Below are positions 23,687 through 33,682 of a stretch of 64,000 nucleotides of DNA, one piece after another. A model generated the notes under the pieces. That model had not been told where the DNA came from and made no database searches. It worked only from the letters and a program-made list of their open reading frames with translations. This DNA is from a virus, in the IMG/VR virus record IMGVR_UViG_3300046007_007030. One strand, given 5' to 3'. The translations under genes were made by a program, and so were the position numbers. Within the stretch, counting starts at the first letter, position 1. Each line of letters starts with the position of its first letter.

Positions 23687-24747
23687 TCCACCTGCAACGC
23701 TTCACTGTATAGATTGGTTATCACTCTGTCGAGCTTCTTATGATCGACACTCAAATTCATCGAGGCGATATACTTCTTACAGACCGTGAGGGTGTCCTCG
23801 GCTTCGTCGATGATGTCCTCGTCTGCTACTAAGTCTAGGTGTAAGTGATCCTCGACTACCTGCAGGTCGATGACGCCTTCTTTCTCTATCCTATCCACGA
23901 ATAGATCGAACCAATACGGATTGGTCTTGTTCTTCACGATGAGCTTGACCATCTTATTACGGACGTCTATCTCACGATCGAATACGACTTCTTCCACGGT
24001 CTTACCAGCGTCGTCGTACCAGACTTTCTCAAACATCCTATACGGATTGCGAATAAATGTCAACTCTCTTATCTCTGTATCAAAGACATGAAAGCCTCGT
24101 GGATCGTCAAAGTCAGACCAAGTATACTCAGCAAAAGCACCCAGATAATGAATGTTACCAGTATCGGACTTATGATGATAGTGACCAGAACACACAACGT
24201 CAAAGCGATCGAAGAGCTTATGATCCATGCCATGATCTGATATGCTGCCCTTGAACATCTCGAAGCCATTGAGCTCAAGGTGCCCGCAGACGACTTGCCC
24301 GGTGGTGGTCTTAATGGCATTCATGCTCTCCTCATAATTGTCCTCACAGATCCAGGGGAGTAGGAGGATGTCCGTGCTATCGAATGTGATTGTGACAGGC
24401 TTCTCGATCACATGAATGAACTGGTACCTGCCAGTGATGATTTCTCTAAGAGCATTGACCTCATTCGTATTCTTATAGAAGACGTCGTGATTGCCGGGGA
24501 TGATGTACACGTCGATACAACGACGCTCGCACTCCTCGAGGAAGTCCCTGCGTAGTCGAGATAATGTGAGGTAGTTGGCGTACTTGCGACGATCTACTAG
24601 ATCCCCGAGATGGATGACTTGCTTGATGCCTTCCTTCTCGAGCGTAGGAAAGAATACGTCGTCTAGGAATCGCTTGAAGTAGTCATAGAATACCTGAGAG
24701 TCGTTACGAATTCCCCAGTGAGTATCAGCGATGAGTGCTATCTTCAA
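23683..24747 (-). CDS. gp47: Recombination endonuclease nuclease subunit (Mre11/SbcD-like)
   Basis: DTHWG, GDLVD, GNHD, GHYH. Confidence 0.96.
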   Translation of the reverse strand: MKIALIADTHWGIRNDSQVFYDYFKRFLDDVFFPTLEKEGIKQVIHLGDLVDRRKYANYLTLSRLRRDFLEECERRCIDVYIIPGNHDVFYKNTNEVNALREIITGRYQFIHVIEKPVTITFDSTDILLLPWICEDNYEESMNAIKTTTGQVVCGHLELNGFEMFKGSISDHGMDHKLFDRFDVVCSGHYHHKSDTGNIHYLGAFAEYTWSDFDDPRGFHVFDTEIRELTFIRNPYRMFEKVWYDDAGKTVEEVVFDREIDVRNKMVKLIVKNKTNPYWFDLFVDRIEKEGVIDLQVVEDHLHLDLVADEDIIDEAEDTLTVCKKYIASMNLSVDHKKLDRVITNLYSEALQVE

Positions 24748-25138
24748 GGTATGGTCTCCATTGTTCAGCGAAGGAGCAGTTGTTTGCTTCCTTGAAGAGG
24801 GGTGCGATCTGCTCGTCTCTGTAGCCGGCTAATCCGCATCCGACGCGGGTCACGAACCAGTGAGTGTCTGAGTGCTCCTCACTCTGAGTGAGGTACACGA
24901 ATTCATAGATGTATGACTTGATTATATCAAGAATCATCGTATCGATAAAGGAGTCTTTCGTAGGTATGGCGTAAGACTCGCGAACTAGACCAGTTCCTAC
25001 TGATACTTTAGCACCGAACTTCTGCTGAGCCACTAGAGCGGCTCCAGCTCCATGGATGCCTGCTAGGTTAGACCCGAATACGAAGATCTCACCATTCTCA
25101 GGCAGAGTGCCGTCAAGATGATACAGTCGTGTCGTCAT
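24725..25138 (-). CDS. Conserved phage protein, possibly macrodomain-like
   Basis: IFVFGSNLAGIHGAGAA, YAIPTK, FVTRVGCGLAG. Confidence 0.55.
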   Translation of the reverse strand: MTTRLYHLDGTLPENGEIFVFGSNLAGIHGAGAALVAQQKFGAKVSVGTGLVRESYAIPTKDSFIDTMILDIIKSYIYEFVYLTQSEEHSDTHWFVTRVGCGLAGYRDEQIAPLFKEANNCSFAEQWRPYLEDSTHR

Positions 25139-25685
25139 GTGCTTCTTCCTCCACGAACTTCTCGATGCCCTTCTTGGCGCGCTTCGACTTCTCTCTAGTC
25201 ACTACCAAGTAGTTCTCATAGTCCTTGATGAACTCGTTTACGTGCTCCATCGTGAGATAGCTATTCTCCACGGTCTTCATGTCCTCCAGCTCCTGCTGGA
25301 ACGAGAGGCCTCCCTCGATGGTCATCTTCTGCATAGACCTGTACTTGACGTATGTCTGCTTCTTCTCTTTCATGATGCGACGGAAGAAGGCGTTGCGGAT
25401 GATCTGTGTGAAGTAGGCGAAGGGATTATTAGACTTCGTCGGATCGAAGTTGTTGACTACCATGACGCAGTTCTCGATGGCGTCCGAGATCATCTCGTCT
25501 CTGTAGGTGTAGTTCACGAACCTGTACTTGGTGGAGAGTCGAGTGGCGATCTTGTAGAAACACTCGCCGATGTACTCGGGGATTCGAGGCAGCTGCTTGC
25601 CTTCTCGCTTGGCCTGCTCGACTCGCTCCTTGTACTTGCAGAGTTCTTCGTAGAGAGTCTTATTGTTGATGTAGTGTCTGCTCAT
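25113..25685 (-). CDS. gp55: Late transcription sigma factor
   Basis: HYINNK, YIGECFYKIA, YTYRDEMISD, NPFAYFTQI...FFRRI.KEKKQ. Confidence 0.95.
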   Translation of the reverse strand: MSRHYINNKTLYEELCKYKERVEQAKREGKQLPRIPEYIGECFYKIATRLSTKYRFVNYTYRDEMISDAIENCVMVVNNFDPTKSNNPFAYFTQIIRNAFFRRIMKEKKQTYVKYRSMQKMTIEGGLSFQQELEDMKTVENSYLTMEHVNEFIKDYENYLVVTREKSKRAKKGIEKFVEEEAHDDTTVSS

Positions 25686-26005
25686 TCGTTGTACATTCTC
25701 TCATATGCCTTCTTCACAGAAGTGAGGTTGATGGTATCCATGGCTATGCCTCCACACTCTTTGAGGCGGAGACGAAGCTCTTCTTTAGTGGTAGGACCTG
25801 GAGTCTTATCTCTGTCCCTGGCCATCTTGTTGATCTCGATGAGACTCTCGAGCATGTACTTCGCTGCTAGCGATATATCTGCCAGAGACTTCCCTCGTCG
25901 GGTATTGAGGAGCTCATACGCTTCTATGCGTACCGCGGCCTCGAAACACAGAGGGTCATCGCTGTTATACAACTCTTCTAATAAAATGTCAACTGTCTTA
26001 TTCAT
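25682..26005 (-). CDS. Hypothetical protein
   Basis: Overlapping start/stop with neighbours; contains an internal TTGACA-N17-TATAAC (25964-25992). Confidence 0.6.
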   Translation of the reverse strand: MNKTVDILLEELYNSDDPLCFEAAVRIEAYELLNTRRGKSLADISLAAKYMLESLIEINKMARDRDKTPGPTTKEELRLRLKECGGIAMDTINLTSVKKAYERMYNE

Positions 26006-26394
26006 CAGTGCAGCGACGTGTTACTCATTGCGCGGTTGACGATCTCCAGGATCGCGTCTCTATCGCTCGCTACCGCCCTCGATACCTTATGCTCCTTCTC
26101 TTCGATGAAACTCTTCACGGAGTCGTCGTAGATCTTGATGTAGGAGTCCTTGAGGTAGTAGAGGGAGATGATCGAGTTAAAGTTGAGGAACACTTCTCGA
26201 CTGTCATTGTAAGCGTCGTACTTAGTGAATACGGCGGTAGCCACTCCGTCTATCTGACGATATCGTACTTCTAGCGGGTCTGTGACAAGGATGAATGCTG
26301 GATCGCCGACCCACTTCATGGGGTGATCCTTATGAAGGGACACCTTGCCGACGATCTCGCCTCCGTCCACGGTCTTTATGAAAGCTGTCTTCAT
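26005..26394 (-). CDS. Hypothetical protein in the uvsW-gp55 slot (possibly Sm-like)
   Basis: IKTVDGGEIVGKV N-terminus; synteny. Confidence 0.65.
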   Translation of the reverse strand: MKTAFIKTVDGGEIVGKVSLHKDHPMKWVGDPAFILVTDPLEVRYRQIDGVATAVFTKYDAYNDSREVFLNFNSIISLYYLKDSYIKIYDDSVKSFIEEKEHKVSRAVASDRDAILEIVNRAMSNTSLH

Positions 26395-27866
26395 TGATTG
26401 AGCCTCACGTTGTAGAGCTTGTACTCGAAGCTCTCTTCATTGTATATCTTCACGCGTTCCATGAAGTGGTTTATGGTGTGATTTCGCTTGGATTTCCAAG
26501 ACAGGTCGTCTGCGATATCGTACAGAGTAGCGACTTCTTTCCCGTCTGCCTTTCGCAGTCCTCTTCCGATAGACTGCAGGTTACGGATGCGGGACTTGGA
26601 AGGCGAAGCGAAGATAAGATTGCTGATACTAGGAATATTGATACCAGTAGAGAAAGTGCCATAGCTAGCGACGAGAATAGCGTCACTCTCATCAGCCACG
26701 ATCCTTCTGATGTCGTCTCTCTCTTCACCCTCGACTCCTCCGTGTATGAAGAACACCGCTCTCTCCTCATCCTTCAGGAGATCGTACAGTATCTTACCAT
26801 GCTTCTCTACGTATTGATACAGAATAAGCGTGTTGCCCTTCAAAGAAATCGCCAGATTCTTCACGAACGTATTGCGTGCAGGATTGGCTACTAAGAAGTC
26901 CATCTCGTCTTGATAGGTCATGTTAGAGACGAGCTTCTTCTGCTCGTCGGTGTATCCTAGGACTATGCACTTGATCTTGAGATCCGAGACGTGCTTAGTC
27001 TCCATCAGCTCCGCGGTAGTGATGACCTTGTGGACCGGACCGAACAGGCCCTCGATGACTAGCTTATGCGTCTGCGTGCCATCGAGAGTGCCTGTGAGCC
27101 CGAACCGGTAGGGCGTCTTGCCCATGTTGGTCATGATGGAGGCGAGGCTCTTGGCCTTGAACAGGTGAACCTCGTCTCCGACGACTACTTCGAACTGGTC
27201 GAACCATTCTTTTTCTTGTTTGTAGACGCTCTGCCACGTTGTGATGGTGACTTGCGCTTCGGTTTCTCTGTCTCGTCCGGAGAAGATCTTGTGTATTCCA
27301 AAGCTACCGGAGTCGGATCGATCGGAGACACCGGAGTAGCCGTAGGACTCGAAGTCTCCTGCGAGCTGGTGGACCAGAGTAACCGTCGGAACCACGATAA
27401 GAGTCTTTGCATTGTAATACCTCGTTAATAAGTAGATGATGAGAGACTTACCAGACGCTGTCGGAGATAGGAGGACGCACCTCTTGTTTCTGACGGCGTG
27501 CACGAATGCCTTGATCTGGTAGTCTCGGGGTTTAACTTTTTCGGGGAGATCGATGGAGCGGATGAAGTCTGCGGCCTCCTTGAGGGAGAACTCCTGCTGA
27601 GAGAAGTCTGAAGACTCTACTACCTCGACGTCTCTCGAGGCGCAGAACTTCTTCACGTGATCTACTAGACCGGCGTAGATGCAGCGATTCAGGTTGTTGA
27701 CTAGGCGGATCTTACCGTCCCAGAATCGGGACCTGTAGGCGGGCATGAACTCGGCGCCGGGCACCTTGAACGTGAAGGCATCCGAGATCTCTTGGAGTGT
27801 AGACGGCTCGCAGTCGAGCCTGACGTAGGCATGATCTACTCTCGATATAGTTACTCTCTCACTCAC
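26391..27866 (-). CDS. uvsW: UvsW helicase
   Basis: PRDYQ, SPTASGKS, DEVH, GLTGT, QSIGRGLR. Confidence 0.95.
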   Translation of the reverse strand: MSERVTISRVDHAYVRLDCEPSTLQEISDAFTFKVPGAEFMPAYRSRFWDGKIRLVNNLNRCIYAGLVDHVKKFCASRDVEVVESSDFSQQEFSLKEAADFIRSIDLPEKVKPRDYQIKAFVHAVRNKRCVLLSPTASGKSLIIYLLTRYYNAKTLIVVPTVTLVHQLAGDFESYGYSGVSDRSDSGSFGIHKIFSGRDRETEAQVTITTWQSVYKQEKEWFDQFEVVVGDEVHLFKAKSLASIMTNMGKTPYRFGLTGTLDGTQTHKLVIEGLFGPVHKVITTAELMETKHVSDLKIKCIVLGYTDEQKKLVSNMTYQDEMDFLVANPARNTFVKNLAISLKGNTLILYQYVEKHGKILYDLLKDEERAVFFIHGGVEGEERDDIRRIVADESDAILVASYGTFSTGINIPSISNLIFASPSKSRIRNLQSIGRGLRKADGKEVATLYDIADDLSWKSKRNHTINHFMERVKIYNEESFEYKLYNVRLNQ

Positions 27867-28300
27867 CCTAATCCGTTCTCAAACTTCTTCCAATCGATGT
27901 AGTTCTTGATGGCGTATCCTCTATTAGCTATCGTCTTGAGGATAGAATCGAGGACTTCCACCTTCTCTTCCTGCATGCCGATCTGCAGATTGATGTTAAT
28001 CAGATCTCTGTCGGCGTCTAGGTATATAGGCAAGTCCTGCTTGAGCAGCTTCAGAGCGAACGGCTCCCACCCTCGAGAGTCTAGCTCGGACTTGTCCATC
28101 CTCCCAGTGAAGTAGTCGCTCTTCGCCAGGATCAGTTCTGACTTAGAAGTTCTCAACTTCTTGAGCCTGAGCCTCTCTTCAGAGAGGATCTTTAGATACT
28201 TGCCGTGGAGCTTCGGGGTATTGAGGCTCTCGCTAGACAGATTCAGTGCATCTATCTTGGAGTCCTTACCCCATTCGGTGTGGATGTCTTCCAGTTTCAT
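27863..28300 (-). CDS. uvsY: Recombination mediator UvsY
   Basis: W.KDSKID...PKLHGKYL...RGYAIKNYIDWKKF. Confidence 0.92.
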   Translation of the reverse strand: MKLEDIHTEWGKDSKIDALNLSSESLNTPKLHGKYLKILSEERLRLKKLRTSKSELILAKSDYFTGRMDKSELDSRGWEPFALKLLKQDLPIYLDADRDLININLQIGMQEEKVEVLDSILKTIANRGYAIKNYIDWKKFENGLG

Positions 28301-28339
28301 GATGTAGCCTAGTGTTATATTCTATTTGGATATAGCCGT

Positions 28340-28368
28340 ATTATACACGTCTCGTCCAAAAAGTACAC
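28340..28368 (-). promoter_or_regulatory. Early/middle promoter upstream of uvsY
   Basis: GTGTAC-N17-TATAAT. Confidence 0.65.
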
Positions 28369-28372
28369 AAGA

Positions 28373-28921
28373 TTATTGATAGCTAGGATAGTTACTCGTG
28401 GTCGTGGGATCGAGAGTAAACATGCGATAGGAGAACTCTGCGCTCGCCTCTAGGTATGCCACGTCGCTGAGGGTAGAGTCGAACTTCATTCCCGTCAGAC
28501 CGACTGGGAAGATGTCATAGAACTTGACTTCGTGCTTTGGATTCTTCGAGCTGGACAGGATGACGAGCGATGCGTCTGATCTTATCCTCTGCGAGTCGAC
28601 CGAGGACTTCTCGGCCAGTGCCTTGTACTGCTCGTAGCTCTCGGGGAATCCGAGTGCCAGCATCCAGTTGTAGATCTCTTTGTAGTTCGTGAGATCCTCG
28701 TCGATCTTGAAGTTCACGCTGATAGTACCATAAGTCAGCTCAGTGCCGGCTACAGGAATTCTCTGGAAGGGGTTAGGAATAGTAGCGGTATTCAGAGTGA
28801 CAGTGGGGAAGGATATGGACTGACAGAAGTAGTCCACGTTAGGCAGTCGCGTGATCACGAACTTGTACCCGAGAGGGGACAGGAAGTTCTTATTGGCAGT
28901 GACTTCTGCAAATGACGGCAT
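28373..28921 (-). CDS. gp3: Tail tube terminator/completion protein
   Basis: NFLSPLGYKF..LPNVDYFCQ..F.IDEDLTNYKEIYNW; located after gp23. Confidence 0.85.
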   Translation of the reverse strand: MPSFAEVTANKNFLSPLGYKFVITRLPNVDYFCQSISFPTVTLNTATIPNPFQRIPVAGTELTYGTISVNFKIDEDLTNYKEIYNWMLALGFPESYEQYKALAEKSSVDSQRIRSDASLVILSSSKNPKHEVKFYDIFPVGLTGMKFDSTLSDVAYLEASAEFSYRMFTLDPTTTSNYPSYQ

Positions 28922-28949
28922 CTGTGGGCTCCTTCACTACTATTTAGGC

Positions 28950-28978
28950 AAAAAGAAAGGGGGAGGTTGCCCTCCCCC
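28950..28978 (-). terminator. Intrinsic terminator after gp23
   Basis: GGGGGAGG-GCAA-CCTCCCCC followed by TTTCTTTT. Confidence 0.9.
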
Positions 28979-29007
28979 AGTTCGTTCGGTTGTCCCGAAT
29001 CTTATGA

Positions 29008-30381
29008 TTACAGGATGTTGGTGACCAGGACGCGACGGTAGTAGACGTTGCTGTCCTTAGAGATAGCGCCACCACCGGCGACGTTACCACCAGCGAACGG
29101 ATTCGCGACTACGCCGTAACGAGTCTTGAAGCCGATCTTCGGCTGGAAGGTGGACGGATCGACGGCGCGGACCATCTGCAGCGGAACGTATGGGCAGTAG
29201 AAGAGGCCAGCGTCGAAAGCGCTAGAACCCTTGTAGCCTACGGTCATGTAGTGGCCAGAGCTGTTGTTGACACCGGTGCCGGACTGACCAGCATACGGAT
29301 CGATGTAGACGCGCATACGACCATTGAGTACGCCAGCGAAGGTCGCGCCGGTGTCGTCTACCTGGAGGTTGTTGCTGTTGAGAGCCGGAGTGTAGTCGAG
29401 AACACCAGCCATCTGCAGAGCGGAAGCGACGTCCGAAGAGCAGAGGACGATGTTGCCCTTACCGCGACGGGTAGCCTTCGCGATCTGGTTGGCTTCGCGC
29501 TCGATCTGGAACATCAGACCCTTGAACTTCTCTACAGACCAACGGCCGTTAGAGTCGGTGTCGAGGTCGAAGATACCGGCAGCGGTGGTGCCTTCGGTAG
29601 CGCCGCGGACGGCAGAGATGTTGATGGTACGAACGATCTCGCGGTTGATTTCAGCGAGGATCTCAGCAGACAGGATGTTGCTGAGCTCGGTCTCGGCGTC
29701 GAGGCCGTGGATGGCCTTGAGGTCCTGAGCGAGTTCCATGCTGTACTCAGCCTTGAGGGCGCGAGTGTTAGCGGTGACAGTCACCTTCTCGATGGAGAAG
29801 GCCATCTCAGGGAAGGTCAGCGAGCTGTTGCCCAGACCTTCGCCCTGGTCAGTGGTCATGCCGCCAGCGAAGTTGTACACGTCCTGAGACGCGATGTTGA
29901 TGGTGTGGGTGGTATTACCTGGAAGGTTACCAACTTGCTTGTTGCCGAGGATAGCATCAGTGTTGCTCTTGTAGGTAGAGAAACGAGTGTTCGCCTCGTT
30001 GTACAGAGCCTCGTCACCGGCGTTGTTAGCGTAGCGAGCGCGCATTGCGAAGATGAGGCCGGTAGGACCGGTCATAGGCTGCACGCCGCAGATGTCATAG
30101 GCTACGAGGTTCGGCATCGCGCGACGAACCAGGCTGATGAGCACTGGGTCGAAGGTGTCGATGGCGCCGGCGTTGGTAGAGTCCGGGTTACCGATAGCGT
30201 TGGTCGGACCTTCCATGAGGAACTGAGAGCCGCCCATAGCAGAAGATTCGCGAAGCGCGTTCTCGGTGTTCTCGAGCATCATGGCAGTTACGGAGCGACG
30301 GTGCGCATCCTTGATCGCCGGTAGGTCTGGGTGACCTAGCACCGGCGACCACTTGTTCTGGATTTCTTCATTGAGATACAT
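29008..30381 (-). CDS. gp23: Major capsid protein
   Basis: DICGVQPMTGPTGLIFAMR, ELAQDLKAIHGLDAE, GFKTRYG. Confidence 0.98.
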   Translation of the reverse strand: MYLNEEIQNKWSPVLGHPDLPAIKDAHRRSVTAMMLENTENALRESSAMGGSQFLMEGPTNAIGNPDSTNAGAIDTFDPVLISLVRRAMPNLVAYDICGVQPMTGPTGLIFAMRARYANNAGDEALYNEANTRFSTYKSNTDAILGNKQVGNLPGNTTHTINIASQDVYNFAGGMTTDQGEGLGNSSLTFPEMAFSIEKVTVTANTRALKAEYSMELAQDLKAIHGLDAETELSNILSAEILAEINREIVRTINISAVRGATEGTTAAGIFDLDTDSNGRWSVEKFKGLMFQIEREANQIAKATRRGKGNIVLCSSDVASALQMAGVLDYTPALNSNNLQVDDTGATFAGVLNGRMRVYIDPYAGQSGTGVNNSSGHYMTVGYKGSSAFDAGLFYCPYVPLQMVRAVDPSTFQPKIGFKTRYGVVANPFAGGNVAGGGAISKDSNVYYRRVLVTNIL

Positions 30382-30411
30382 TGAGTTATACTCCTTTGAG
30401 TTTTACTAGTA

Positions 30412-31713
30412 TTAGTTTAGCTTGGTGGTGCGTGAGATTGCACGAACATACTTGTTCATTACGCCGGTAGGAGCGACAGTCTCGGCATACTCGCCACTGT
30501 TGTCGAATCCTTCCTCGGTGAGCATCTTCATCGGCTTATTTTCAACAGAAGTGAAGTAGTTCTCCCTGATCACTTGCACCTTCTTAGCGAAAGTCTCCTC
30601 GTCATCGAAGCTGAGGCCCTCACAGAGGGTCTTGAGCTTCTCTGCCTGAGTAACGGCGAGTCCGTCGGTCATGCTCTCGACGATAGCGGCCATCTTTGCC
30701 TCGGAGATCTCGCTGTTCAGAGCGATGACCTCGTCGGTCTTCTCATTGACCATCTGCTCGAGCTCCTCGATACGGGATACCATCTCAGAGACGACGTCAG
30801 TCTTCTCTTCTGGTACCTCGATGTAGTGCTCGGCGAACAGGTTCTTCAGGCCGTCGATGAACTCCTCGGCGATCTCAGCGCGGAGGCTGTTCTCGAGAAC
30901 GAGCTTGTTCTCTTCGATCCATTCATTGATGGCATACGACAGATACTTGTCGACGCTCTCGACCATGGCCTCCTGAGCGGCCTCGAGTTCTTCGTCGAGA
31001 CGGGTAGAGTACTCGGTCTCGAGCTCCTCCATGATGGCGTCGACGCGATCATTTACTGCGGCCGTGAAGAGGGCAGAAGCCTCGGTCACGAACTCGGCAG
31101 AAGCTTCTTCACCGAAGAGCTGCTGGAGTTCGGCTTCGACTTCTCTTACTGTAGATTCTCCAACGATCTTAGTCTGCTTCACTCTCATGCCATAGCTATC
31201 TTCGTGTTTGCCGGCCCAGTTCTTAATGAAGTCATGAACTTTAGGATCGTTGTGCTTTACGTATACAGAAGTTGTGTGGCCATGACCTCCCTCGCTATCG
31301 ATCTTATGCTTGAGGCCACTCTTCGCTAGAGCAGATTTGAACTGCTTGGCGTTCTTGTGATTGTCAGCATCGTCGGCATCGAAGTGAATGACGGTGCCCT
31401 CGGCAATATCGTATTCTTCCATCTTTGCAGAAGCTGCAGACGGCTTCATACTGACAGAGGCCTTATGCTTGGCTGACATGTCGCCAGTTGGCTTGGTGTT
31501 GGTCTCGGTGTCGGTTTCTTCCTCACCTTGTCCTGGGGTCTCGCCCTTGAGCTTGTTCATCGCGTTATCGCCCTGGCTCTTGTCCTGTGGACGATTCGCG
31601 TGAACATCGCCCTTGACGATAGGACCAGGAACTTTAGAGACGCCAGTGGCGCCTCCGCCGACAGAGATTTCTTCATCCATCTCTACGGCCTTGTTCTTGC
31701 TCTTAAGCATCAT
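30412..31713 (-). CDS. gp22: Prohead core scaffold protein with an inserted domain
   Basis: Acidic coiled coil, LKNLFAEHYIEVPEEK; located between 21 and 23. Confidence 0.92.
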   Translation of the reverse strand: MMLKSKNKAVEMDEEISVGGGATGVSKVPGPIVKGDVHANRPQDKSQGDNAMNKLKGETPGQGEEETDTETNTKPTGDMSAKHKASVSMKPSAASAKMEEYDIAEGTVIHFDADDADNHKNAKQFKSALAKSGLKHKIDSEGGHGHTTSVYVKHNDPKVHDFIKNWAGKHEDSYGMRVKQTKIVGESTVREVEAELQQLFGEEASAEFVTEASALFTAAVNDRVDAIMEELETEYSTRLDEELEAAQEAMVESVDKYLSYAINEWIEENKLVLENSLRAEIAEEFIDGLKNLFAEHYIEVPEEKTDVVSEMVSRIEELEQMVNEKTDEVIALNSEISEAKMAAIVESMTDGLAVTQAEKLKTLCEGLSFDDEETFAKKVQVIRENYFTSVENKPMKMLTEEGFDNSGEYAETVAPTGVMNKYVRAISRTTKLN

Positions 31714-31743
31714 GATGCTCCCTTGTTACGAATCTGATAGATA

Positions 31744-31751
31744 TATTTATG
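31744..31751 (-). promoter_or_regulatory. Late promoter
   Basis: CATAAATA upstream of gp22. Confidence 0.65.
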
Positions 31752-31762
31752 AAATCGCGAAT

Positions 31763-32413
31763 TTACAGCAACCTCAAGAACTTCTCAAAAGTGGCGAGCT
31801 TAGCTTCTTCTAGCTCGGCGCTCGACGCCTTCTTGATAGTATTCCTCATCTGCTCAACTGCCTGAGCCTTGATGATTCCGTTGTCCCATACCCACTCGAC
31901 GCCCTCCATGATGCCCTGAACGAAGGCATCCGGAGCGGACGGGTCGGCTACGATGTCTGCGGCGGTGGCCAGATAGAAGTCGTCCTGGACTTCCATGATG
32001 CCGTTCTTGCCCGGGGCTAGAGAACCCATGCCACGAGAAGACACGCCGAGCTGAGCGCCAGATTCGATGAGACCGCGAGCGATGTTGCCCATCGGGGTCT
32101 CGGTGATCTTGGCGCGACCGATGAAGTTATTGCCCTCTTGACGAAGACTAGTGATCAAGTGTGAAACTCTATCTAAGTTGATAGACGGGCCATTTGGATG
32201 ACCCAGCTCGCCGAAGGCGCGACCCTTCTCGACGAACTCTTTCATGTAGCGACTAACTTCACGCTTCATAGTTTCTAACTTGTATTCACGACCGTTGCGA
32301 TTCTTCTGCTCGCACTGGAGGAAGATGCCCTCGATATAGAGGTTCTTCTTACCACCCTCGGTAGATTCAGTGACGTACTTGACGTCTTCTGTTAGTTCGG
32401 TGATGAGTTTCAT
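31763..32413 (-). CDS. gp21: Prohead protease
   Basis: NRNGREY, GELGHP, GVSSRGMGS, DIVADPSAPDA. Confidence 0.97.
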   Translation of the reverse strand: MKLITELTEDVKYVTESTEGGKKNLYIEGIFLQCEQKNRNGREYKLETMKREVSRYMKEFVEKGRAFGELGHPNGPSINLDRVSHLITSLRQEGNNFIGRAKITETPMGNIARGLIESGAQLGVSSRGMGSLAPGKNGIMEVQDDFYLATAADIVADPSAPDAFVQGIMEGVEWVWDNGIIKAQAVEQMRNTIKKASSAELEEAKLATFEKFLRLL

Positions 32414-32416
32414 CTA

Positions 32417-33334
32417 TCAACCCCAATCTCTCTTGTCTTGCTTAGCCGCTGCGATCTTTTCAGAAGCAGACTTCATGGCGGACTGAGCGGCTTTCATCTC
32501 GCGCTGAGCGTTAGCGCGCGCCTTGAGGCCAGACGCATGATCGAAGCGAATCTGGTGGTGTTGAGCCTGCATCTCATGATGTATAGCCTCGCCGGTGTGA
32601 TGATCGAATCCACGCTCATCACCAACTTCTTCTGCCTTGTCAGCCTGCACCATGTGATGATTCAACATCTTCTCGTGATGACGCATGTTGTCCTTATGAT
32701 GCATGAGGATGTCGTTCAGCTTGCCCTTGCCGACCATCTCTTCGAGATAAGCAGACTCGTCTGCGCTTATCTCATATGACGCAGTGATGTTCAGATCGGT
32801 CTGGACCTTAGGCTTAGAGCCTCTTCCCTTGTACCTCACTTTGCTCGGGGTGATGCTCGGAGCCTTCTGCATTCTGTTAGCGTGCACACCTTTGATGGCG
32901 CGAATTTCATCCAGCGCTTCTACTTCTTCTCTTGCAAGTCTTTTAGTTGCTCTCTCTATTCCTCTTACACGCTTAAATGCTTTTTTGAAACTTTTCTCTT
33001 TTGTTTTTGGATCATTTGTATTTGTCATACCAGCAGCATAAGCATGTCCAAGCACTTCTGGTGCTGCTTTTCCGATGTAACTACCTAATGCTTTTTTTCC
33101 AGCAGAAGTATTACCAACTTCATCAATCTGTTCTACTTCTTCTTTCTTGAGGTGCTCTTTGTTGCGAAGCGCCTCGAGGTCGTCGGCGTCGATATCGTCC
33201 TTCGGCTCTCTGAGCTTGGCGATGTCTGCCTTCGACATCTGCTTCTTCTCTTGCAGGTCTACTGCGTTGACGCCGGAGACAGAGAGCTTACGCTGCTGCT
33301 CGGCGATGAACTGTGCGTACTTATCCGCGCTCAT
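32417..33334 (-). CDS. Putative internal head (poly)protein
   Basis: MSADKYAQFIAE CTS-like start; repeated EEVExxDE motifs; head operon. Confidence 0.6.
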   Translation of the reverse strand: MSADKYAQFIAEQQRKLSVSGVNAVDLQEKKQMSKADIAKLREPKDDIDADDLEALRNKEHLKKEEVEQIDEVGNTSAGKKALGSYIGKAAPEVLGHAYAAGMTNTNDPKTKEKSFKKAFKRVRGIERATKRLAREEVEALDEIRAIKGVHANRMQKAPSITPSKVRYKGRGSKPKVQTDLNITASYEISADESAYLEEMVGKGKLNDILMHHKDNMRHHEKMLNHHMVQADKAEEVGDERGFDHHTGEAIHHEMQAQHHQIRFDHASGLKARANAQREMKAAQSAMKSASEKIAAAKQDKRDWG

Positions 33335-33349
33335 AGTTTCTATCTCCTA

Positions 33350-33682
33350 TTAGATTGGTTCTGAGGTCTTCTGACCGACGATGACGATAGTGCCATTACC
33401 CGTGAGGGTGTAGCTCAGCGTAGCATTAGCCGATTCATTGAAAGTAACTCCATGACCAGCGAGATTCCAATGACCAGTGCCAGGCAGTACCGCGATCGTG
33501 TTAGAGCCGCGAGCCACTACCCACTGGCCATTTGAAGTGAAGAAGATCTGCTTGATGGCGAGACTAGTCACGTTCTCGACGGTGCTGTTCGGCGTAGCGA
33601 GATTCGCGAGAGTGATGCTGCTGTTAGTGGCAGTATCGCGGATGACGACAGTGCCGTACTTTTGATTCTGAATGATAGCCAT
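33350..33682 (-). CDS. Small beta-rich putative virion protein
   Basis: Head operon, AGGAG RBS of the next gene follows; six N-X-S/T. Confidence 0.6.
   Translation of the reverse strand: MAIIQNQKYGTVVIRDTATNSSITLANLATPNSTVENVTSLAIKQIFFTSNGQWVVARGSNTIAVLPGTGHWNLAGHGVTFNESANATLSYTLTGNGTIVIVGQKTSEPI

Noticed and set aside
29251-30324. Long + strand ORFs (e.g. 29251-30324, 25137-26039, 35531-36532, 7285-7944, 12183-12833)
   Set aside because: Antisense shadows of well-recognised - strand genes, caused by codon bias; no motifs or RBS.
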